Source of the DNA: an uncultured Actinomycetes bacterium
Lineage (GTDB): Bacteria > Actinomycetota > UBA4738 > HRBIN12
DNA length: 64,000 nt
NCBI GenBank assembly: GCA_963736335.1
Contig: CAVTOC010000005.1
Span: forward strand, 327,925 to 391,924
Direction of reading: 5' to 3'
Both the position numbers and the translations under genes were made by a program. The notes beneath the pieces were generated by a model. The model saw nothing but the letters and a program-made list of their open reading frames with translations, was not told the origin of the DNA and searched no databases. Of the stretch, positions 7,837 to 17,574 are shown piece after piece (the first letter of the stretch is position 1; the number at the start of each line of letters is the position of its first letter).

Positions 7837-9900
7837 TCAGTGCGGGCCCACGAGCTCGAGTTGCTCGCGGAGCGCCACGGCGTTGGTCACGGGGAGCTTG
7901 CACGTGAACCGCTCGCAGACGTAGGCGGTCGCGAGTCCGTCTCGCGCGACACGGTCACGGAGCAAGGGGATGGTCTCCGCTGAGATCTCGTCGTCGGGTG
8001 CGGCTACCGCCAACACGATGTTCGGCCGGTAGACCTCGTTCGTGACCACCGCCGCGAGCCCGCGCGCGCCGGCCGCCACGGGATCGCCGATGATCGCGAC
8101 CTCGTTCGACGGCCCCAGGTAGCGGTCGAGCGCGCAGAGCGCCTGTCCGAATCCGGTCGGTGCCCCCGCCATCGCGTCGCGGATCAGGCGGAGCGCGGAG
8201 AGCCCGGCACGCTCGTAATCCGCATCGCCCGTGAACGACGCGAGGCGCAGGAGCGTCTCCGCCGCCACCGCGTTCCCCGACGGCGTCGCGTTGTCGTAGA
8301 GCTCTTTCGGGCGAAGGACCAGCTCCTCTGCGTCGGAACCCGTCTGGAAGAAGCCGCCGCGTTCGTCGTCGTGGAACAAGCGGAGCAGCTCGTCGGCCAG
8401 CGTCATCGCTTCCTCGAACCACCGGAGCTCGAACGTGGTCTCGTACAGGGTGAGGCACGCCGCCGCCATGATGGCGTAGTCGTCCGCGAACCCCGGCCGC
8501 CCGGCCGTACCGTTCCGCCACGAACGCAGCAGCCGGCCGCGTTCGTCGCGAAGGTGGGTCAGGACGAACTCCGCGCAGCGCACCGCCTCTTGCACGTATG
8601 CGGGCTCGTCGAACACGCGGCCCGCCTCGGCGAGCGCGCCGATCGCGAGCGCGTTCCATGCGGTGAGGACCTTGTCGTCCGTGGCCGGATGCACGCGGCC
8701 CTCGCGGATCTCGAACAGCATCCGACGAGCGTCCTCCACCTCGGACGCCAACTCGTCTGCCGACAAGCCCTGCTCCGAGGCGACGTCCGCGATGGCCCGG
8801 GGCCGCCACAGGACGTTCGTCGCCTCCCAGTTGCCGCTCGGCGTGGCACCGAGGCACGCCGCCACCGCCGGCCCGACGAGCGCTACCAACTCGTCCCATC
8901 CCCACACGAAGAACTTCCCCTCGACGCCCTCGCTGTCGGCGTCCTGCGACGAGAAGAACCCGCCCTCAGCGTGCTGCATCTCGCGGAGCAGATATTCGAT
9001 CGTCTCCGTCGCGACGCGCCGGTATCGATCGTCGCGCGTGACCTGCCACGCCCGCGTGTACAGGCGCACCAGTTGCGCATTGTCGTAGAGCATCTTCTCG
9101 AAGTGCGGCACGTGCCACGACGCGTCCGTGGAGTACCGCGCGAACCCGCCGCCGAGATGGTCGTAGATCCCGCCGCCGGCCATGCGATCGAGCGTGGTCG
9201 TCACGATCCGCGCCGCCGGGTCCCACCCGCGCACGGCGCATCGCAGCGCGAACTCGAGCGTCATCGGCTGCGGGAACTTGGGCGCGCCGCCGAAGCCGCC
9301 GCGTTCGCCGTCGAACGCGGCCTGCAGACGCGAGAACGCGGCGCGCGTGATCTCGTCCGTCAGCGGCTCGTCGGAGGCGCTCAACAGCCCGAGGCGCGCG
9401 ATGTGCTCGGCGATCTTCGCCCCCTGCGTGACGACCTCGTCGCGCCGCTCGGTCCAGGCCTCGGCGATCCCGCCCAGCACTTGCGGGAACGACGGCAGTC
9501 CGTGCTGCGGCACCGGGGGGAAGTACGTGCCCGCGAAGAACGGCTCGCCGTCGGGCGTCAGGAACGCCGTCAGGGGCCATCCACCGCTTCCCGTCATCGC
9601 CTGGGCCGCGTCCATGTAGATGGCATCCAGGTCGGGCCGCTCCTCGCGGTCGACCTTGATGCAGACGAAGTGCTCGTTCATGAGGGCGGCCGTCGCCTCG
9701 TCCTCGAAGGACTCGCGCTCCATCACGTGGCACCAGTGGCAGGCCGCGTATCCGATCGAGACCAGGATGGGCCGGTCCTCCGCCTTCGCGCGCGAGATCG
9801 CCTCAGGGCCCCACGGGTACCAATCGACGGGGTTGTGCGCGTGTTGGAGCAGGTATGGGCTCGTCTCGCCCGCGAGCCGGTTCGCACGTGCCGTCGTCAT
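7837..9900 (-). CDS. thioredoxin-domain protein, DUF255/YyaL family
   Basis: Begins [31 protein letters not shown]...[16 protein letters not shown] and continues into a C-terminal six-hairpin glycosidase-like region. ATG is at 9900. The 1129-aa track ORF is an upstream shadow extension. Confidence 0.9.
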   Translation of the reverse strand: MTTARANRLAGETSPYLLQHAHNPVDWYPWGPEAISRAKAEDRPILVSIGYAACHWCHVMERESFEDEATAALMNEHFVCIKVDREERPDLDAIYMDAAQAMTGSGGWPLTAFLTPDGEPFFAGTYFPPVPQHGLPSFPQVLGGIAEAWTERRDEVVTQGAKIAEHIARLGLLSASDEPLTDEITRAAFSRLQAAFDGERGGFGGAPKFPQPMTLEFALRCAVRGWDPAARIVTTTLDRMAGGGIYDHLGGGFARYSTDASWHVPHFEKMLYDNAQLVRLYTRAWQVTRDDRYRRVATETIEYLLREMQHAEGGFFSSQDADSEGVEGKFFVWGWDELVALVGPAVAACLGATPSGNWEATNVLWRPRAIADVASEQGLSADELASEVEDARRMLFEIREGRVHPATDDKVLTAWNALAIGALAEAGRVFDEPAYVQEAVRCAEFVLTHLRDERGRLLRSWRNGTAGRPGFADDYAIMAAACLTLYETTFELRWFEEAMTLADELLRLFHDDERGGFFQTGSDAEELVLRPKELYDNATPSGNAVAAETLLRLASFTGDADYERAGLSALRLIRDAMAGAPTGFGQALCALDRYLGPSNEVAIIGDPVAAGARGLAAVVTNEVYRPNIVLAVAAPDDEISAETIPLLRDRVARDGLATAYVCERFTCKLPVTNAVALREQLELVGPH

Positions 9901-9994
9901 GGGCCCAGTGTCTCGCGCGGGGGCCGGCAGGACATCGTTCCGGGTCTTCAGGAGGTGGCGCTTCGATGCCGATGGTTCCTTCGGGGAGAACGAG

Positions 9995-10657
9995 ATGGAC
10001 GAAGACATCCGCGTACTCGTGGTCGACGGGAGCCCAGAGCTCGCGCCGGGGTTCATCTGCGGCCTGCCGGGCGAAGGGGTCAGCGTGCTCGGTCCCGTGG
10101 CCGACGCGACCGCCGCCCTCAGCGCGCTGCAGCTGGAGCCGATCAACCTCGTCCTGGTGGATCTCGACCGCCCGGATGAAGCGGGGATCGAGATCGTTCG
10201 AAGGATCCGCGCGGGGGCCGAACGGACACGCGTGATCGGTGTGACCGTCGAACGGGGTCCGGACCTGGCGGCCGGAGCACTCGCCGCCGGCGCATGCGGG
10301 GTCGTGACGCCCGAGCCGGACGGGGAGAGCCTGGTGTCGATGTTCCGTCGAGCACTTGCCGGCGAGCTCATCCTTCCTGCGATCCACCTCTCGAACCTGG
10401 TCGACCGGCTGCGTGACGGCCGCGAGGCTTCGACGGTCTGCAAGCTCGACTTCCTGACGACGCGAGAGCTCGAGATCCTTCGGGCGCTGGCCGACGGCGC
10501 GTCCACCGCGGAGATCTCGGCGTCGCTCGGGATCCGCCCGATGACGGTGCAGAGCCATGTGAAGAACATCCTCGCCAAGCTGGGTGTCCACTCCAAGGTC
10601 GAGGCGGTCACGCTGGCGTGGCGGTTCGGGCTGGGATCGGTCACCCGGAGCGCGTGA
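9995..10657 (+). CDS. LuxR/NarL-family response regulator (RR1, partly degenerate receiver)
   Basis: The receiver has VLVVDGSPE (single acidic residue), [13 protein letters not shown] (acceptor Asp present) and GVVTPEP (the conserved Lys position is Thr). C-terminal LuxR HTH: [44 protein letters not shown]. Confidence 0.85.
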   Translation: MDEDIRVLVVDGSPELAPGFICGLPGEGVSVLGPVADATAALSALQLEPINLVLVDLDRPDEAGIEIVRRIRAGAERTRVIGVTVERGPDLAAGALAAGACGVVTPEPDGESLVSMFRRALAGELILPAIHLSNLVDRLRDGREASTVCKLDFLTTRELEILRALADGASTAEISASLGIRPMTVQSHVKNILAKLGVHSKVEAVTLAWRFGLGSVTRSA

Positions 10658-10678
10658 TCAACCGGGGGTAGCCTTCCG

Positions 10679-11353
10679 GTGATGGTCGGGGGAGAGACGG
10701 CGAACGCGGCACGGCTCGTCGTCGCCGACGCGCATCCCGTCGTCCGTCGCGCCATCCGATTGTCGTGTGAAGCGCTTGCGGGGCTCGAGGTCGTGGGGGA
10801 GGCCGACTCCGGCTCCGCGGTGCTCGCCATATGCGACGAGCTCCGACCGGACGTCGCCGTCCTGGACATCGCCATGCCCGATGGGCTCGACGCGATCCGC
10901 GGATTGAACGACCGACAGCTGGTGGACATCGTCGTCGTGCTCACCGACCGAACGGACGGCGCCTCCGTGATGGAGGCGTTGCGCCTGGGCGTCGAGGGGT
11001 ATCTGGTCAAGTCCTCCGCGTTGCCCTCGGTGGGCCGGCAGATCCGCCGGGTGCTGGATGGCGAGCGCGTCATCTCGCCCGAGGTGCAGCGGGCCGCCCT
11101 CGGCGAGCTGGGAGCGTTCGCCCGCATGGCACGAGAAGGCAGCGAGGTCCGAGCGTCCCTCACGCCGCGCGAGCATGAGGTCCTGATGTTGATCAGCGAA
11201 GGGCTGACGATGCGGCAGATGGCCAACCGCCTGGGGATCTCGCCACGGACGGTCGAGAGTCACATGGCCAAGCTCTACCGCAAGCTCGACGTCAGGACGC
11301 GCGTCCAAGCGGTGTCCCGCGCGGTGTCGTTGGGCCTGATCGAGCTCCATTGA
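10679..11353 (+). CDS. LuxR/NarL-family response regulator (RR2, near-canonical)
   Basis: [33 protein letters not shown] and GYLVKSS form a canonical receiver. LuxR HTH: [42 protein letters not shown]. Confidence 0.9.
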   Translation: MMVGGETANAARLVVADAHPVVRRAIRLSCEALAGLEVVGEADSGSAVLAICDELRPDVAVLDIAMPDGLDAIRGLNDRQLVDIVVVLTDRTDGASVMEALRLGVEGYLVKSSALPSVGRQIRRVLDGERVISPEVQRAALGELGAFARMAREGSEVRASLTPREHEVLMLISEGLTMRQMANRLGISPRTVESHMAKLYRKLDVRTRVQAVSRAVSLGLIELH

Positions 11354-11402
11354 CCCGCCCGCCGAAGCTCATCCTTTCCCCTGGAGCGGCCGATAGGAAG
11401 AC

Positions 11403-12113
11403 ATGAGCAAGCGTCCCACCGCCGCGCACGCGGCCGGTCCCGCTTCACCGCGCAGGCTGGGAGTGATCCTCGTCGACCCGTTCCCCGTCGTGCGAGCCGG
11501 CACCCGGCTCCTGATCGACGACCGGCCGGACATGGAGGTGCTCGCCGAGGCGGGCGACGCCGACCAGGCCGTCGAGGCGATCGGGCGCGTCCGGCGGACC
11601 CGCGTGGTCGTGCTGGTGGGCCTGGGCCTCACGGGCGAGCACGACGCGTACTGGTTGATCCGAACGCTCCGCCAGCGGTACCCCACGCATGCGATCCTCG
11701 GGTTCGGGGCCAACGCCGATCCAACCTCGATCAGCCGTGCGCTCTTCGTAGGTGCCGACGGCTTCGTCGACAAGAACATCGACCCCGTGGAATTCCTCCA
11801 GGCCCTCCGGCGCGCGGCAGACCGCGAGATGGTGCTCGCGATCCCGGTAGCCTCAGCCGTGGGAGAGATCGTGGAGGGCATCGAGCGCCGGCGCGAGGTC
11901 GAGGTGAAGCTCACCGATCGCGAGCGCGAGGTGCTCGTCGTTGCCGCGGAGGGTCTGACCGCGCGGCAGATCGCCACCCGGCTCGGCGTTCGCGAGCGGA
12001 CGATCACCACGCACCTGGCGCGCATCTACGGCAAGCTCGGCGTCGGGAGCCGGCTGGCCGCGATCCGGATGGCGTCGCAATCCGGCTTGGTCAGCGTCGG
12101 CGCGTCCGAGTAA
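11403..12113 (+). CDS. LuxR-family regulator with atypical receiver lacking the phospho-acceptor Asp (RR3)
   Basis: The position normally DxxxxD(acceptor) reads VVVLVGLGLTGEHD, with Gly where Asp is expected. The Thr/Ser position reads ILGFGANAD. The Lys is retained (GFVDKNI). LuxR HTH: TDREREVLVVAAEGLTARQIATRLGVRERTITTHLARIYGKLGV. Confidence 0.8.
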   Translation: MSKRPTAAHAAGPASPRRLGVILVDPFPVVRAGTRLLIDDRPDMEVLAEAGDADQAVEAIGRVRRTRVVVLVGLGLTGEHDAYWLIRTLRQRYPTHAILGFGANADPTSISRALFVGADGFVDKNIDPVEFLQALRRAADREMVLAIPVASAVGEIVEGIERRREVEVKLTDREREVLVVAAEGLTARQIATRLGVRERTITTHLARIYGKLGVGSRLAAIRMASQSGLVSVGASE

Positions 12114-12119
12114 CCAACC

Positions 12120-13574
12120 TCAGTTCCGAACGAACACCGTTCCGGATGTGTCGCGGTACGCGAGATGCCAGCCGGGATCCTTCTCGAGCAGCGCGACGAT
12201 CGTCACGTCTCCCGGTGCCATCACGATCACATCGACGCCCCACCGATCCACGATGGCCTGCCACCCCACGTGTCCCTCGGCCACCGCGAAGTAGTCATCC
12301 CAGATGTCCTGGGGGAACAGTTCGATGCGGGGGTCGACGAACATGGGGTTCGACGGTGATGCGAACTCGAACCAGGACGCGTATGGCAACGTGACGAACA
12401 GTTTCGCGTCGGCGGGGGCGACCCGGTGCACGGCATCGACCATGCGTTGCGGGGCATACGACATCAGTGCGGTCGCTCCACTCTGTGGATCGACGCGATC
12501 GCGGGACCAGGGCGAGAGCACGACGACGAAGGCCACGAGCGCGGTCACCATCAACAGGTTCATCACCATGCTTCCTCGCTCGTCCTCGGGCGCGAGCGGC
12601 TTCTCGACGATGAGCCCCGCCATGATCACGGGGAACACGAAGCCCCACCACACCTCACCTCGCGCCGCGCTGAGGCCTAGCAAGAAGAACGATCCCAACC
12701 AAGCGAGGGTGAGCCACTCGGTCTTCGTTCCGCGGCGCGCCAGGAACACGACGATCGCGAGAGCCGAGATGAAGAACACCGCGCCGTCGGGCGAGCGGAT
12801 GGTCGTCGCCGCCCACTCCTGGATGTGCCCCAGGATCCGCTCGTTCGTCGAGATACCGATCGCGTAGCGCCACACACCGAGCCCGTACGGGCCCACGGCC
12901 GTGGCCACCAGTCCGATCACCCCGACGGCGAGCGTCGCGTTCCTCGTGACCGCGTGGTCACGACGATCCTCGGCCCACGAGAGCCCGATCAAGACGAGAC
13001 CGAGCGGGAAGCTCCCGTGCACGTTCGCCCAGACGACCATCACGACCGGGAGGATCCAGAGCCGCCGGGGATGGGCCCGGCGATCGGCAAGGATCCAGAG
13101 CATCCCCGTGAACAGCGGATACGCCATCGTTTGCGGTCGCATGCCCGCGTTGTAGAAGCACACGGCGAAGCCGCCCAACGTCAGTGCGGCGCTCGATCGT
13201 GCCGACGCCCCGCGGGCTCGGCATGCGAGCCAGAGGAACCAGAACGTGGCACCCACGAGCGCCCCGTGGAAGAAGCCCATGGCGGCCCACCCGCCGGCGC
13301 GGTACACGAGGGCCAGCAGGACCTGGGCGCCCCACTGTTGATCCAGCCATGGACGGCCGAGCATGGAGAAGGTGAACGCATCGATGGATGGCGCGCCGTG
13401 GGTGGCGAGGATCGCCTCGCCGGCCCGCACGTGGTAGGCGAGATCGATGGAACTCATGCGGAACATGAACGTCACGCCGACCGAAACCGTCACGACCGCC
13501 GTTGCCCAGACGTTGCTGAGCGTCAGCCCACCGAGTCGCGCTCGGATCGGTATCGGCTGCACTCTCGCGTCCAC
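12120..13574 (-). CDS. polytopic membrane protein with C-terminal extracytoplasmic domain (possible GT-C-like glycosyltransferase; function unknown)
   Basis: 484 aa with about 12 hydrophobic segments and a soluble tail of about 130 aa. The long first loop is SIDLAYHVRAGEAILATHG...DAFTFSMLGRPWLDQQWGAQ. I recognise no signature of a characterised family, so the fold assignment is an inference. Confidence 0.5.
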   Translation of the reverse strand: MDARVQPIPIRARLGGLTLSNVWATAVVTVSVGVTFMFRMSSIDLAYHVRAGEAILATHGAPSIDAFTFSMLGRPWLDQQWGAQVLLALVYRAGGWAAMGFFHGALVGATFWFLWLACRARGASARSSAALTLGGFAVCFYNAGMRPQTMAYPLFTGMLWILADRRAHPRRLWILPVVMVVWANVHGSFPLGLVLIGLSWAEDRRDHAVTRNATLAVGVIGLVATAVGPYGLGVWRYAIGISTNERILGHIQEWAATTIRSPDGAVFFISALAIVVFLARRGTKTEWLTLAWLGSFFLLGLSAARGEVWWGFVFPVIMAGLIVEKPLAPEDERGSMVMNLLMVTALVAFVVVLSPWSRDRVDPQSGATALMSYAPQRMVDAVHRVAPADAKLFVTLPYASWFEFASPSNPMFVDPRIELFPQDIWDDYFAVAEGHVGWQAIVDRWGVDVIVMAPGDVTIVALLEKDPGWHLAYRDTSGTVFVRN

Positions 13575-13792
13575 GGGATAGTGGTCGGTTGCCGTCGCGC
13601 GAGACCTTAGTCGTCACCCGAGTCGTCGCTTCGTCGACTCGCTGGTCGCGCGGGATGCGTACGTAGAACTACCGATGCTTCCTCAGTGAATCGCGGAATT
13701 CCCAGCGCGGTGACACCCAACTACCTTGAGCCATGGCGGCTTAAGTCGCCCGGGTTCTCGCCCGAAGACCTTCGGAGAGGAGGTGTGTGTAC

Positions 13793-13999
13793 ATGTTCCT
13801 AGCTCTCTACACCGGCGTTCAGACCTGGTGGGGCGACCTCAAGCTTCGCGCACGCGAAGAGGGTGGCGCCACTGCGGTCGAGTACGCGCTGATGGTTGCG
13901 CTCATCGCTGCAGTCATCATCGCCGCCGTGACGACTCTCGGCGGAAACGCCCGAGACAAGTTCACGACTGTCGGCAACGCTGTCGGCGGTGCGTCGTAG
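13793..13999 (+). CDS. flp: Flp-family type IVb pilin
   Basis: MFLALYTGVQTWWGDLKLRAREEGG|ATAVEYALMVALIAAVIIAAV contains the Flp motif G/xTAxEY plus a hydrophobic helix. GGAGAGGAGG lies 9 nt upstream of ATG 13793 (the track starts at GTG 13787). Confidence 0.85.
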   Translation: MFLALYTGVQTWWGDLKLRAREEGGATAVEYALMVALIAAVIIAAVTTLGGNARDKFTTVGNAVGGAS

Positions 14000-14030
14000 A
14001 TCGCATTTCTTAGCACGAGTGGCCTTCGCC

Positions 14031-14106
14031 GGCCGCTCACTCCCGAGTGGAGGGGAGTGAGGGGCCGGTGAACCCGCCGAACGGCGCGTCCGGTTGGACG
14101 CGCCGT
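14031..14106 (+). terminator. two tandem GC-rich hairpins in the flp-cpaB spacer (attenuator/partial terminator candidates)
   Basis: Hairpin 1 (14031-14066): GGCCGCTCACTCCC / loop GAGTGGAG / GGGAGTGAGGGGCC, 14 bp with 1 mismatch. Hairpin 2 (14081-14106): ACGGCGCGTCC / GGTT / GGACGCGCCGT, 11 bp perfect. No U-tract follows either. Confidence 0.5.
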
Positions 14107-14212
14107 CCGGATGAGCGACACGGATCGTGGGACGCAGGTCCAGAACGCGGCGCCACAGCCCGATAACCCCCATAGCGATCCAGAGAAGCAGCATCGAAAG
14201 GGGAGAGGACAG

Positions 14213-15004
14213 ATGAGGTCACGAGGTCTGGTGGTCGCCCTCGCCGTGCTGCTCGCTGTAGCGGCCGCGGGTGCGGTGGTCCTGTACACGAACGGCGTCA
14301 AGAAGGCCGCGGAGTCGGGCGGGAGCCTGACCACGGTTATCGTTGCGACGCAAGATATCCCTGCGAACACGAGCCTGGATCCATTGATCGAGGGCGGCGG
14401 CTTCAAGGAGCTCAGCGTGCCCGCGGACGCCGTCGTCGACGGCGCAGTGACGAGTCTCGCATCCCTGCGCGGTCAAACCACGACCGCACCGATCGTGGCC
14501 AACGAACAGCTGACCGCTTCGAACCTCTCGAGCGGCGAGCAGGTCGCGGGCGGCATGCTCGGTATCTCCAAGGGCCACCTGGCCCTGACGATCAAGCTCA
14601 ATGCGCCCCAAGGCGTGAACGGCAACATCCAGCGCGGGGACAACATCACCATCTTCGCGACGTACACCGGGGCCTCGATCATCGCCGGCACCACGCTTCC
14701 GCAGTTGTTGAACGGATCGGCGCCGACGACCGACAAGCAGGATCTTCCGGACTTCACGGTGTCCCTGATCCCGACCGTGCGTGTGCTGCAGGTCGTGAAC
14801 CCCGCGATCGATGCGTCAGGCAACCCGGTCGGCGACTCGGTTACGTTGACGCTCGACCTCCTGCCGGCTGACGCGCAAGCCCTGACGTTGGCGAACCAGA
14901 CGGCGACCCTGTACATCGGCCTCCTGCCTCCGGGCGAGGACGGACACGCGATCCCCGCGTCGACGCTGCCGGTGAACCTGCTCCTCGGGAAGAAGCTCCC
15001 ATGA
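14213..15004 (+). CDS. cpaB: Flp pilus assembly protein CpaB/RcpC (SAF domain)
   Basis: MRSRGLVVALAVLLAVAAAGAVVLY provides an N-terminal anchor, followed by VIVATQDIPANTSL...APIVANEQLTASNL (SAF/CpaB pattern). GGGGAGAGGA lies upstream of ATG 14213. The track start at 14111 sits inside the hairpin region. Confidence 0.85.
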   Translation: MRSRGLVVALAVLLAVAAAGAVVLYTNGVKKAAESGGSLTTVIVATQDIPANTSLDPLIEGGGFKELSVPADAVVDGAVTSLASLRGQTTTAPIVANEQLTASNLSSGEQVAGGMLGISKGHLALTIKLNAPQGVNGNIQRGDNITIFATYTGASIIAGTTLPQLLNGSAPTTDKQDLPDFTVSLIPTVRVLQVVNPAIDASGNPVGDSVTLTLDLLPADAQALTLANQTATLYIGLLPPGEDGHAIPASTLPVNLLLGKKLP

Positions 15005-16239
15005 CCGAAGCCAGCGTCGTCGCCGTCGGGACGCCGCAATCCTTCCGCCAGCAGATCGCACGAGCGCTGGAGGTCGAGATGGAGGAGATCGGTTGGGCCC
15101 AGTCCGCCACGGTGGCTGAGGAGTTGTTGATCAACGCCTTCACACCGATCGACGTGCTGGTGCTCTCGCCGGAGGTCAAAGAACCGGACGCGCTGGGTCT
15201 CGCGGAGTTCGTGGGGCGTCAGTCGCCGGGAACCGCGATCGTCTTGGTGCGCGATCACACATGGAACGGGTTGCTGCCCGCAGCGATGCGAGCCGGGATC
15301 CGCGACGTGGTGGACATGACCCAGGGAACCGAAGAGCTGCGCGACGCCGTGGAACGGGCGGTGGCATGGGCCACCAACCTGCGTTCGATGGGCGGAAGCG
15401 CCACGGAGAGCTCCCAGCATGAGCGAGGCCACATCATCTCGGTCTTCTCCTCGAAGGGCGGCAGCGGCAAGACGTTCCTCACCACGAACCTCGCCGCCGC
15501 GATCTCGGACATCACGGGCCAGGACACGGCCGTGGTCGACCTGGACACGGACATGGGTGATGTCTTCACGTACTTCGGCCGCGAGCCGAGCGCCCGGGTG
15601 GACGACATGATGGGCCTCGGTGAGGGTGCCGACCACGACCGGATCCGCGAGATCGGCGTTCCGTTCGGCGAGCACCTCTGGGGGTACGGCTCACCGCCGG
15701 ACCCCGCGGCCGAGCCCCCCGCCGGAGAGGCCGTCGGCAAGTTCCTCCGGACGCTCCGAGCGGACTTCTCCTACGTGGTCGTCGATGCGTCCGTGGACTA
15801 CTCGGACTCGGCGCTCGTCTGTTTCGACCTCTCCGACGCCATCTGCCTGGTCACGCCGCTCGACGTGGTCGGCGTGAAGCACCTCTCGAAGGCGTTGGAC
15901 ACGTTGCTCACGATCGGCCTTCCGCGTGAGCGGTTCCGCGTGGTCTTGAACCGCGCGGACAGCAAGGTCGGATTGGACTCCACCGACGTGGAGCGCGTCA
16001 TGAAGATCACGGTGGACGCGATGATCCCGTCGAGCCGGCTGGTTCCCACGGCGTTGAACAAGGGGCGCCCGGTGGTCCTGGACGAGCCGAATTCCGACGT
16101 CTCGACCGCCGTCCGGCAGCTGGCCACACGGTTCGCGAATCAGTTCGAAGTCACGAGCGATGCCGGGAGTCACGCGAACGGCAACGGCTCGAAACCCGAG
16201 AAGACGAAGCGCAAGCGGTTCTCGAGGACCGCAAGCTAA
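15001..16239 (+). CDS. cpaE: CpaE/TadZ pilus-localisation ATPase (receiver-like N-domain + MinD/ParA-type ATPase)
   Basis: Deviant Walker A motif VFSSKGGSGKTFLTTNLA. ATGA overlap with the cpaB stop codon. Confidence 0.85.
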   Translation: MTEASVVAVGTPQSFRQQIARALEVEMEEIGWAQSATVAEELLINAFTPIDVLVLSPEVKEPDALGLAEFVGRQSPGTAIVLVRDHTWNGLLPAAMRAGIRDVVDMTQGTEELRDAVERAVAWATNLRSMGGSATESSQHERGHIISVFSSKGGSGKTFLTTNLAAAISDITGQDTAVVDLDTDMGDVFTYFGREPSARVDDMMGLGEGADHDRIREIGVPFGEHLWGYGSPPDPAAEPPAGEAVGKFLRTLRADFSYVVVDASVDYSDSALVCFDLSDAICLVTPLDVVGVKHLSKALDTLLTIGLPRERFRVVLNRADSKVGLDSTDVERVMKITVDAMIPSSRLVPTALNKGRPVVLDEPNSDVSTAVRQLATRFANQFEVTSDAGSHANGNGSKPEKTKRKRFSRTAS

Positions 16240-16254
16240 GGAGGTCTGGCTCCC

Positions 16255-17574
16255 ATGTCACTGGCAGATAGGCTCGCGAAGGCCTCACAGCGGGACCGTA
16301 TCGCCGATGTCCGTCTCCGGGTGCAGGAACGCCTGGTCGAGGTCCTCGGTCCCCGCTTGTACGACTCCACGCTCTCGGACAACGAGCTCGAGGGCCTTGT
16401 CCACCAACGTCTGCGCGAACTGCTCGACGAGGAGGAGGGACCGCTCTCCTCGCAGGAGAAGCTCCTCATCGTCCGGCAGATCGGCGACAGCGTGCTGGGC
16501 CTCGGCCCGCTGGAGCCGTTCGTGCGCGACCCGGACGTCTCCGAGATCATGGTGAACGGCTGGGACACGATCTACGTCGAGCGCGCCGGCAAGCTTTACT
16601 GGACCGGCACGAAGTTCCACGACGAGCAGCAGCTGCGCCGCACGATCGACAAGATCGTCGGGAAGGTCGGCCGCCGCGTGGACGAAGCGTCGCCGTACGT
16701 GGACGCTCGTCTGCCGGACGGTTCGCGTGTGAACGCGATCATCCCACCGCTATCGATCGACGGTCCGGCGCTCACGATCAGGAAGTTCTCCGCTGATCCG
16801 TTCGGCGCAGACGACCTCATCGAGTTCGGCACCATGACGTCGCAGGTGTCGCAGTTCCTCGAGTGCTGCGTCCGGGGACGGATCAACATCTTGGTCTCCG
16901 GAGGAACCGGCGCCGGGAAGACTTCGACCCTGAACGTCCTTTCGTCGTTCATCCCGGACGACGAGCGCATCATCACGATCGAAGACGCGGCCGAGCTACG
17001 TCTGCAGCAGCCCCACGTGATCCGATTGGAGTCCCGGCCGCCGAACATCGAGGGCAGGGGGCAGGTCGCGATCCGAGACCTGGTCCGCAACGCCCTGCGT
17101 ATGCGGCCGGACCGGATCGTCGTCGGTGAGGTCCGTGATGCGGCGGCCCTGGACATGTTGCAGGCCATGAACACCGGTCACGACGGTTCGATCTCCACGA
17201 TCCACTCCAACTCGCCACGAGACTCGCTCTCGCGGCTGGAGACGATCACGATGATGGCCGGCATGGAGCTGTCGCCCCGGTCGATCCGGGAGCAGATCTC
17301 TTCCGCCATCCAACTCATCGTGCACCAGCAGCGCCTCAAGGACGGCTCGCGCCGGTTCACCCACGTCACGGAGATCGAGGGCATGGAAGGTGACGTGATC
17401 ACGCTCCAGGACCTCTTCCTCTTCGACTTCGCGGCCGGCATGGACGAAGAGGGGAAGTTCCGCGGGCGTCTGAAGTCCACCGGCCTGCGGCCGAAGTTCG
17501 TCGACAAGTTGGAGGAGCGCGGCGTGTTCGTCGATCCCGAGGTCTTCGCCCTCGAGTCACGGGGTCGGGACTGA
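16255..17574 (+). CDS. cpaF: CpaF/TadA secretion ATPase (type II/IV secretion NTPase)
   Basis: Walker A VSGGTGAGKTSTLN, Asp/His boxes (IITIEDAAEL, RMRPDRIVVGEVR, TGHDGSISTIHSN). AAGGAGG RBS. Confidence 0.95.
   Translation: MSLADRLAKASQRDRIADVRLRVQERLVEVLGPRLYDSTLSDNELEGLVHQRLRELLDEEEGPLSSQEKLLIVRQIGDSVLGLGPLEPFVRDPDVSEIMVNGWDTIYVERAGKLYWTGTKFHDEQQLRRTIDKIVGKVGRRVDEASPYVDARLPDGSRVNAIIPPLSIDGPALTIRKFSADPFGADDLIEFGTMTSQVSQFLECCVRGRINILVSGGTGAGKTSTLNVLSSFIPDDERIITIEDAAELRLQQPHVIRLESRPPNIEGRGQVAIRDLVRNALRMRPDRIVVGEVRDAAALDMLQAMNTGHDGSISTIHSNSPRDSLSRLETITMMAGMELSPRSIREQISSAIQLIVHQQRLKDGSRRFTHVTEIEGMEGDVITLQDLFLFDFAAGMDEEGKFRGRLKSTGLRPKFVDKLEERGVFVDPEVFALESRGRD

Noticed and set aside
7837-11226. 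1129-aa minus-strand ORF, the longest 'gene' in this part of the track
   Set aside because: Only the C-terminal 687 residues (from MTTARANRL at 9900) look like a real protein (DUF255 thioredoxin family). The upstream 442 codons are Ser/Arg/Thr/Pro/Ala-rich low-complexity sequence. They run antisense to two response-regulator genes with clear domain signatures, so this is a high-GC shadow extension.
13726-14013. 95-aa ORF overlapping flp in another frame
   Set aside because: It is Arg/Cys/His-rich with no features. The overlapping frame encodes an unmistakable Flp pilin motif.
14111-14212. Upstream ATG (14111) given by the ORF track as the cpaB start
   Set aside because: The extra 34 residues are polar and non-conserved in appearance, and begin 5 nt after the 14081-14106 hairpin in the terminator-like flp-cpaB spacer. 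ATG 14213 has a strong GGGGAGAGGA Shine-Dalgarno and begins the typical basic-plus-TM CpaB N-terminus.
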